In this document: positions 54,784 through 64,000 of the stretch, piece after piece
Numbering within the stretch: the stretch's first letter is position 1
Layout of the letters: the number at the start of each line of letters is the position of its first letter
From: Dipteris shenzhenensis
Lineage: Eukaryota
DNA length: 64,000 bases
Direction: 5' to 3' (one strand)
NCBI GenBank assembly: GCA_047967505.1
Contig: CM106538.1
Made by a program: the position numbers and the translations under genes
The notes under the pieces: model-generated
Told to the model about the DNA's origin: nothing
Databases searched by the model: none
The model's input: only the letters and a program-made list of their open reading frames with translations

Positions 54784-57700
54784 ATGGCATCCTCTTCCAC
54801 GTCTGAAAAGGAGTTTTTCAGCATTAAAAAGTTTGATGGGACAAACTTTTCTTTATGGAAAGAACAAATAAGGGATGTGCTTATTCAAAAGAAGCAGATT
54901 AAACCCTTGGCAGGGATTGAAGCTAAGCCTGCAAATATGTCTGAGGATGATTGGAATGAGTTGGATGCATTAGCAAAGTCTACTATTAGACTTCATCTTG
55001 CAGAGTCAGTTTATTTCACAGTAGTAAATGAGCAGACTACGGAAGATTTGTGGAAGAAACTGTGTGCCACTTATGAGAAGGAAACTGCCTCTAATAAAGT
55101 TTACCTCATGAAGAGGTTGTTTGAGTTGCAAATGAAGGAAGGGGTCTCCATTGCTTCTCATTTGAATGAATTCAATATTATTTTCAGCCAGCTTCAAGCT
55201 CAGAAAATGAATTTTGATGCAGAGACTAAGGCAATATTTCTCTTATGTTCATTGCCATCCTCATGGGATACCTTCCGTACAGCTGTCAGTAACTCTGCAC
55301 CTGGTGGAGTACTGAAATTTGATGATGTTGTGGGTAGCTTGTTGGCCGAGGAGATTAGACGGAAGTCTATGGATGGCAACAAGCAGGATGCAGCCTTAAA
55401 TGTGCAAAGGGGTAGATCACAGTTCAGGGGGAAGTCCCAAGAAAGAGGGAAGTCTCGTAGCAAATCCAGGGCACGGAACATTGAGTGTTACCACTGTGGC
55501 AAGAAGGGCCATATGAAAAAGGATTGCTACAAGCTGAAAAGAGAGCAAAAGGATAAGAAAAAGAATGCAAATTGGGGTGCAAATCAAAAGGAAGAGAGTC
55601 CAAGGGGGGACAAAGGAAAAGTGAAGATCGAGGAGATCAATGCAGTCACACATGATAGTGACAATGATGTTCTCTTCATGTCTAGTTTATCTGCAGAGTT
55701 GCTTACCACTTCAGATGATGCATATTCCCAGGATTGGATTTTGGATTCTGGTGCTTCATTCCATGTTACTCCCCATAGGGAATGGTTCTCTACTTATGAT
55801 AGTGGAAAGACAGGTTGTGTGCATCTTGGAAATGACTATGCATGTGACATAGTGGGAGCAGGTGACATAAAGTTTTCTTTTGCAAATGGGTCTGCATTTG
55901 TTTTGAAACATGTGAGACATGTGCCTAAGTTGACCAAGAGTCTTATTTCAGTGGGTCAGCTAGATGATGCTGGTTTTCACACCACTTTTGGCTTTCAGAG
56001 TTGGAAAATTCAGAAGGGCTCTATGCTTTTGGCCAGGGGTGCCAAGTGTGGGACTTTGTATCCCTTACATGTATCAGGGGTATTTGATCATGTTGTTGCA
56101 ATAACCGAGCAGCCAAGCACTTCTTTGTGGCATTGCAGGTTGGGGCACATGAGCCAGAATGGAATGAAACTCTTATGCCGTTTGGGTTATGTACCGCATT
56201 TGAGTTTCTCTGATTTTGAATTTTGTGAGCATTGTCTCTATGGGAAGCAGACTAAATCAGCCCATAAAAGAAGGGGAAAGAAAGAGTTTGAAATGCTTGA
56301 TTTGGTGCATTCAGATGTATGTGGTCCCATGCCTACACGGTCATTAGGCGGGGCTGAATACTATGTGACTTTCATTGATGATGCAACTAGGAAAGTGTGG
56401 GCTTATGCTATAGCTCGAAAGAGTGATGTGTTCCAGGTATTTCAGAAATGGCTGGCCTTGGTTGAGAATCAGTCAGGTAGAACGCTTAAATGCCTACGGA
56501 CTGACAATGGTGGAGAGTATCTCTCTCATGACTTTCAGCATTTCTGTGATACACGTGGGATTAAGAGGGAGCTCACATCCCCTCGTACTCCAGAGCAAAA
56601 TCCAGTTGCAGAAAAGATGAATCGTACCATTCAAGAAAGGTTGCAATGCATGCTTTCCAATGCAAGTCTTTCTGGTGGTTTTTGGGCTGAGGCAATGAAG
56701 ACTGCAGTGCATGTGATCAATAGATCACCTAGTAAGAGTTTGGATGGTGGTATTCCTGAAGAGGCATGGAGTGGCAAGAAGCCCTCTTACTCTCATTTGC
56801 GTATATTTGGGTGTGAGGCATATGCACATGTGCCAAAAGAGCTTCGAAAGAAGCTAGATCCTAAGTCTAGGAAATGCATCTTTCTAGGTTATGGTGAAAG
56901 TGGAGAGATGGGCTATCGTCTCTGGGATCCAGAAGCAAAGAAGATCATACGCAGCCATGATGTGGTCTTCAATGAGAAGAAGATGCATAAGGCACCCATG
57001 AGGGATGTGGAAATGAGGAGAATCACTTTCCAGGATGTGAATCCACCTGCATATGTTGATAGGCAGCAAGCTGTCCATGCACCAAATGTGCAAGAAATGG
57101 TACAACCAAGTACTCTGACAGGTATACAATCAAGGGTAGATGATGGATCATCTATTGGTGCAAATGATGAGCCAAATGTGGCTGATATGCAAGTGGGACA
57201 GCAAGCTGAAATGCCCTTGAGAAGATCATCTAGAGTGTCTAGACCGCCTGATAGGTTTGTTCCAGGGGTAGACTATGTGATGCTTACTGATTGCGGGGAG
57301 CCTTCTTGCTATAGAGAGGCTATGATGCGTGAGGATCAATGCAAGTGGGAGTATGCTATGCAATCAGAGATGAGTTCACTTATGAAGAATAAGACTTGGG
57401 ACTTGGTTTCTTTGCCACATGGAAAGAAAGCATTGCAATGTAAATGGGTCTACAAAATGAAGGTCACAGGTGATGATGTGCCTAGGTACAAGGCCCGTTT
57501 GGTTGCTAAAGGGTTCAAGCAAGAGAAGGGTGTGGACTTTGATGAGATATTCTCTCCGGTTGTGAAGATGACCACACTTAGATGCATGCTTGGACTAGTG
57601 GCATCAGAGGATATGGAGCTTATGCAGATGGATGTCAAGACAGCTTTCTTGCATGGGGATTTGCATGAGGAAATTTACATGGTGCAGCCGGAAGGCTTTG

Positions 57701-58847
57701 AAGAGAAGGGCAAAGAGCATTTAGTTTGCAAGCTGAAGAAGAGTCTCTATGGTCTTAAGCAAGCACCTAGAGAATGGTATCAGAAGTTTGATGCTTTCAT
57801 TCGGTCCCAGGGTTTCAGAAGGAGTGAAATTGATCACTGCCTCTACACTAAAAGGGCTAAGGATAATAGCCCAATAATCCTGGCACTATATGTGGATGAT
57901 ATGCTATTGGCTAGCAAGAATACTTATGAGCTAGATGCATTAAAGGCCAAGTTGCATGAGGCCTTTGATATGAAGGATTTGGGATTTGCAGGTCATATTC
58001 TTGGTATGCGCATCACGCGTGATCGGAGTAGGAAACTCCTTTGGCTTTCACAAAAAGAGTATGTTACAAAAGTATTACAGCGTTTCAATATGGAGGGGGG
58101 GAAGGCAGTGAGTACTCCATTGCCTCCATATGTGAAATTGAGTCATACAGATAGTCCCAAATCAGATGACGAAAGGGCCATGATGGCCAAGGTTCCTTAT
58201 GCATCAGCAGTTGGGAGTCTTATGTATGCTATGATAGCTACTAGACCAGACATTGCATTTGCAGTGGGAGTTGTTAGCCGATATATGGCTAATCCAGGAA
58301 AGAGGCATTGGGAGGCAGTTAAGTGCATCATGAGGTACATGAAGGGTACTAAGGAGATGTGCATTTGCTTTGGTAAAGGAGACATGCGTGTACTTGGGTA
58401 CACAGATTCAGACTATGCAGGGCATGTGGATAGTAGGAGATCCACTTCTGGTTATGTGTTCACCTTTGCAGGTGGTGCAGTGTCGTGGATGTCTCGTGCA
58501 CAGAAGTGCATTGCTTTGTCTACCACAGAGGCTGAGTATGTTGCAGCCACAGAGGGTTGCAAGGAGGCTATATGGCTTGATCAGCTAGTGGGAGATTTGG
58601 GGATTCATACAGGTGTACCGACATTGCATAGTGATTCCATGAGTGCTATTCAGCTAGCACGGAATCCGGTCTTTCATGCAAAGACCAAACACATTGGGTC
58701 AGGTACCATTTCATTAGGGAGGTACTTGAGGACAAGCGCATAGAGCTTGTCAAGGTTCATACAGATGATAACCCTGCAGATATGCTGACGAAGAGTCTAC
58801 CTAGTCAGCGGTTTGAGTATTGTCGTGTATTGATGGGCATTGGATAG
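54784..58847 (+). CDS. Copia gag-pol polyprotein (gag, protease, integrase, RT, RNase H), one -1 frameshift near 58697
   Basis: ~1320-codon open frame. Restoring one G in CACATTGGG(G)TCAGG gives HIGVRYHFIREVLEDKRIELVKVHTDDNPADMLTKSL...MGIG* ending at 58847. Confidence 0.93.
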
Positions 58848-58900
58848 TATGCTCACTGGTTGTTCTCCCTTAAAGGCACATTGTCCTTTAAGTGGGAGGT

Positions 58901-59081
58901 TGTGGGGGTTAAAGGTCACTGTGCCTTAACCCCAGTTATGTACAATACTCAAACACATATATAAATGAATGAAAAAGAAGATTAGGGTGGTTCTGCACCC
59001 ACCAAAACTTGTGTGGCTCTCTGTCTCTCTCTCTCGCTCTCTCTCCCTCTTCCGTTCTTGCTTCCGTTGAGAGCACTCTCA
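58901..59081 (+). repeat. 3' LTR of copia A copy 2
   Basis: Identical to the 5' LTR; preceded by the PPT. Confidence 0.97.
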
Positions 59082-59296
59082 CAAAGATTAGGTCGGTGAG
59101 ATATGGCTATAGCGCCAGGTCAACATGGTTTGATGAGTGGGATACTACTAACGCATCGGTCGGTGGCATAGCTTTATGGCACCAACTCGACAGGATAGTG
59201 AAACACAATGTTGCCAACTAATTTTTGTGGATGTTTGGGAGATATTGAGTTTTTGTTCTGGTTTTGTTATGCCAGGGGGGTGCTACACTACTTGGA

Positions 59297-61878
59297 CCTT
59301 GTGCAAATACGTTCAAATATGAAATTTGAAACTGCCTTACCATTTTTTGCATAGAGGGCGATAGCTTCAGCCCACTTAGTGACATACTGAGTGGCTACCA
59401 AAAGATACTTCTTTTTGTGGGCAGTCATGGGCAGGGGCCCGACAAAATCTATCTCCCACTTCTGAAATGGATGGATGGACATCACTGGGTGATGTTGTCC
59501 AGGACGCAAATCCTTCCTACCAAAGAGTTGGCATGGTTCACAAGTTTTGCAATGCATAGTGACATCCTTGAACAAGGTCGGCCAATAGTACCCAGCATGT
59601 AAAATCTTCTCAGCTGTATAGTCACTGGCATAGTGGCCTCCACAAAATCCATCATGATAATGCTTCATTACCTTAGGTACTTCATCTGCATCAATAGCCC
59701 ATCTTAGTACCCCATCCATGCCTTGACAGTACAACACCCCATCAAAGAGGGTGTAGTGCCTACTATCTCTGCGGATCTTCTTTCTCTCATAGCTAGTACT
59801 TTCTGGAGGAAAGGAGAAAGTAGTTAGAAACTTGTAGATACCGCCATACCATGGATCCCCAACTTCTATGGCTGCTACAAGGGTTACATCAAGGCACTCC
59901 TCTAAATCAATCAAAGCATTCTTCAAACTGTTGCAACAACCCCCTTTTATAATTTTGAAAGAAAAATCATATTCTTGTAAAATGGCCAACCATTTGGCCA
60001 ACCAGCCCATGGGATTTGGTGATTGAAGAACCTGCTTTGCAAGACCAGTGCTAGTGAGTATAATGAAGGACTTTCCAGCCACATAATGCTTAAATTTCTC
60101 AATGCAGAAAACCAAAGACAAGGCATGCTTGTCAGCCTTTGAGTAGCGTCGTTCGGTGTCGAGCAATTGTCGAGAAGCAAATCGAACGGGATACATGAAC
60201 CGATCCTCCCCTTGCTAGAGAAGAATACCTGCCAGAGTGTGCTCACCAAACGCAGGATTGATATAGAAAGTCTTTTACCAATCTGGATTGCGTAGAATGG
60301 GTTCTGAAGCTAGAGCATTCTTGATTTGTGCAAACCCATGATCACAATCCTCATCCCAAGAGAAATCAACCCCATCTTTTAATAGCATAGTCATGGGTCA
60401 TGTCAAAGCAGCATATTGATCAATGAAGCGGCGATAGTATCCTACTAGATTGACAAATGAGCGTACCTAATGTTTGGTTGTTAGCGGGGAGAGCTTGAGG
60501 ATGGATTCTACCTTCTCGGGGTCACAAGCTTGACACCCTCGGATGAGACAATATGTCCCAGTAACCTCCCTTGAGTGGCTCCAATGGTGCATTTCTCTGG
60601 GTTGAGACTGCCATTTGCATCATTGACCCTTTGGAAGGCCAACCTAACCTTCATGAGGTGCTCCTTACGTGATGAGAATATACAAAAATCATCTAAAAAC
60701 ACCTCCAAGAAATCACCCAAATAAGGAGAAAACACCATTTGCATAAATCTTTAAAAGGTAGTAGGAGCATTGGTGAGGCCAAATGGCATTACTTTGAATG
60801 CAAATGTCCCCCAGGGTGTGGCAAATGTGGTTTTAAGCACATCTTCTTCGGCAAATCTGATTTGATAAAACCCAGAGTAACCATCACAGAAAGTATACAT
60901 CTCATGACCACTTACCTTCTCAAGAATGAGGTCTTGAAAGGGAAGAGGATGATGGTCCCTCTTGGTAGCTGCATTGAGTTTCTTATAGTCGATGCAGACC
61001 CGCCACTTGTTGTTTTTCTTTGGGGTGACTACCACTGGTGAAACCCATTTAGTATTGTGAACCAGAACAATAAACCTAGCTTCTACAAGCTTCTGAAACT
61101 CCGAGCACAAAGCATTGGTCTGTAGGGGCCCTAATCTCTGATACTTCTGAGCCACAGGCTTTGCATCAGGCCTTAGCTCTATCTTGTCTCTATGGCAGCC
61201 ACATGGCGAAGGTGGTGGTAGCTAGTTGCAAAGAGGTCAGGGAAATCTTTGAACATTTCTAGGAACTCATCTTTCTCACTTGGAGTGAGGTCTGGGGAAA
61301 GCATAGATTCAAGTTGTTGAGGACTAGCTATTACCTTTTCTGTAGGTGGCGGGGTCGGAGACACCCCCATCATGTAAACTTTCTATCTGAGAACTCCTCC
61401 CACCCGTCTGATTCTTCCATTGATTCAGACACCGAGGATGAGAGAGCATCACTCTCTTGCTCCTCTTCTTCTTCTGGTTCTGAGTTAGACCCCCCAGGTG
61501 GTTGTTGCAAGAATTGAGGGGGTTGTGGAGGGAAAATCTTCTTTGAAGCGGGATCAGACTGAACTTTATCAAACTTTTGAGCAATCTCATTTGCTAACAC
61601 CATAGTTTCTGGATTCTCCCATTTAAGCTTGAGGCAGAATTCGTCACTTGCTCCTGCTACAAGGTAGCCCAGCACATGCTGAGTCATTCCAGCTCAAAAT
61701 CTGGCATTGTCCTCCTATGTGGCAATTAAACAAAATCCAGGAACATGGCTGCTCGATCCACATATGGACGTGCCGTCTCACCTTCTGACTGCTTCAAGTT
61801 TTCCACCTACAGGTACACATTCTCTGGCCCCTCTTCTTTGCCAAAATACTTAATCATCGTTGTTGTCAACCTTGGCCA
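59297..61878 (-). pseudogene. Inverted internal segment of gypsy pol (protease end, RT, RNase H, integrase N-half)
   Basis: Minus-strand ORFs 61370-61687, 60751-61155, 60508-60744 and 59288-60196 lie between plus-strand gag/PR and IN C-term. Confidence 0.85.
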
Positions 61879-62713
61879 GCTTTGGGACACCCATGGAAAT
61901 AGTATCTGACAATGGGAGTCCATTCTTAAATGAAGCAGTGGAGTTACTCATGGATCGCATGGGTATTGATCATCGCACTTCTAGAATCTATCATCCAGCA
62001 TCCATGGGTCAAACAAAGCAGACCAATGGCCTCCTTTGTAAAACCATGGGAAAAATGGCCACAGGGACAAGAGCCAGTGGGATCAGAAGGTCACAAAAGC
62101 CGTATGGGCTTACAACATCACTCATAAAACATCTACAGGTCACACTCCTTTTGAGTTGGTATATGGTACTGAGGCCATTTTACCACTAGAGATAGAGATT
62201 CTAGCTTTGAGATTGGCACAAGAACAGAGGATGACAGAAGATGAACATGTAGAGGCCCGGTTGGTGCAACTTGAGAAGATAGATGAAACCCGACGCCTTG
62301 CCCTACATCAAAAAGAGATTCAAAAGAATCAACAAAAGGCCCGCTTGGATGTTAAGATTCGCAAGGGATGGGAAAGACACTTTGCTGAGGGGGATGTTGT
62401 GCTATGCAACAGATCGGACCACCAAATGGATAAGAAGTTTCTGCCACTGTGGACCGGTCCATACAAAGTCATCAAGGAACGTAGCAATGGGTCTGTACAA
62501 GTTCAGGAGCTACATGAGCCATATGGCAGGAAGGTGATCAATAAGCGTTATCTCAAGCCCTTCTTTGTGCGTGATGGACCTAGACATGGAAATGCTATGC
62601 ATTCCCTGCCTGGGGGGGGGAACTATTATGGATAAATTTGTCTAAGGAAAAAGGCATTAATATGTGTGTGTGTTTGTATGTGTGGCAATAGTATAATAAA
62701 ATATGGTGTGCAT

Positions 62714-64000
62714 TGTTGAGATATCGAGCTCCACTCGTGATATGCCATGGTGACAGTTGTGCATTTATGTCACCGACTTGTTAGCTGCAGATGCGGTTGG
62801 TACACCACCCATGAATAATAGCTGGATGACAGCTATCCTTATGTACTCTAGTTCGTGGCTCAGTTAGTATGCCACCTTAGTTAGCTGAGTTTGGTTTGAG
62901 ACCCACATATAGGGTTCTTCTATTTCTTTGTACTAGAGTTCTTTTGGCTTTCACAACTAAGAAGAGGAAAACTGTTTTCAGCCTCCACCTTTGTGTGTAT
63001 TCCCCCAATGTGTATGTGAGAAAGCCGCAAGTGAGACTCCTTCCTTCTCTCCCACTATTTTCACATGGTATCAGAGCCTGGTTCGTGGTAAGGAGCTCAA
63101 GAAAGCAAACCAAGTTCACGGTGACCTAGTAAGAGGACCAGTGTTGCTTTCCTTTTTCAAGTTTGGGAGCAAATCTCTACAGGTAGCACAGCCAGAAAGT
63201 GCAAGAGTGCATTGTCTCAGATTGAGACGCCCTTCGCGGTGTGGCGAGAGGGCAGTATATGCTACGGGAAAGGGCGTCCACCTCCTTGAGAAAAAGGCCC
63301 TGTATTTGCTATGCGACCACTGCTCTGCATGTCGGTGAAAAGTTGCCGCAGAAATTGCATCGTATGCCTATGCGCAGAGATATTGGGAGTTATAGAATCA
63401 TCCTTATTGCCTGTTCATGCAAAATCATCACTAGGAAGTGACTGTGTGGTCAAATACCACTTTCGTCAGTTTTGCAGATTTGCCCTTGTGAGGCAGAAGC
63501 TTTGTTTTTTTGCAGTGATAGAATATTTTTCAGTGTTTTGTAATGGCGTCTGATTCTCTTTCACAGATTGTCACTGAAAAGCTTGACAAGAACAACTTCC
63601 AATCATGGAAGTTTAGAATGATGAATTTCCTTATGGGAAAAGGCTATTGGGAGTTCATTACATGAAATGAAGAAGAACCAGTTCTTCCTAATGTTCCCAA
63701 TCGACAGGAAATGCATGCATTTAAAGGATGGCATGAGAGAGCCAGAAAAGTTATGTATTGGCTGTCTATCAGTATTTCAGGTTCTATGATTGTGCATATT
63801 CAGGATGCAAGTACGCCAAAGGAGGCATGGGATACTTTGGCAAAAATGTACAGCACAAATACGCAAGCAAGGAAAATGTAGCTCAAGCAGGAGTTGCACA
63901 ATGTGCAGAGAGAAAATATGAGCATCAATGACTACCACATGAAGGTGAAGAAAATTGCGGATGCACTTGCTTCAATTGGGTCGCCAGTGGAAGATGATGA
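62714..64000 (+). mobile_element. Ty1/copia family B copy 4, 5' end (LTR 62714-63065, PBS 63066-63077, gag from ATG 63543 with stops)
   Basis: Reverse-complement homolog of 49990-51312; inserted just downstream of the gypsy PPT. Confidence 0.93.

Larger units (their letters stand above)
53175..59081 (+). mobile_element. Ty1/copia family A copy 2, full length (5907 bp), very recent
   Basis: LTRs 53175-53355 and 58901-59081 are identical by eye; TSD CAAAG at 53170-53174 and 59082-59086; PBS 53358-53369; PPT AAGTGGGAGG before 58901. Confidence 0.98.
52642..62713 (+). mobile_element. Ty3/gypsy (non-chromovirus, Athila/Tat-like) relic, split by copia A and internally inverted
   Basis: Gag knuckle CYECNEKRHYHPEC on +; RT (WVSPVVV, DGYSGFYQI, MPFGLTNAP, FLDD), RH and IN N-term on - (59297-61878); IN C-term FGTPMEIVSDNG...WTGPY on +; PPT-like GGGGGGGGGAAC at ~62612. 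Confidence 0.85.

Overview
Repeat-dense plant genomic window; the SSR-rich, nested-retroelement style suggests a large non-angiosperm genome such as a fern (inference only). It holds one clear host gene, a 3-exon SIP-type aquaporin (9814-11310, +). The rest is mostly transposable elements. There are three Ty1/copia families: A has two copies, one near-intact with identical 181-bp LTRs and TSD CAAAG; B has four fragments; C has one full-length degenerate copy with TSD AGATT. A Ty3/gypsy (Athila/Tat-like) relic carries an internal ~2.6-kb inversion. A CACTA-like relic has palindromic repeat clusters and telomere-like repeats. A 247-bp MITE has an 8-bp TSD. The most unusual structure is a head-to-tail pair of Penelope-like (Naiad/Chlamys-like RT) retroelements whose junctions sit on (CA)n tracts and which lead into a 4.5-kb strand-biased GA/GT microsatellite field containing recurring ~50-bp islands. 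A 100-N assembly gap lies at 35058-35157.
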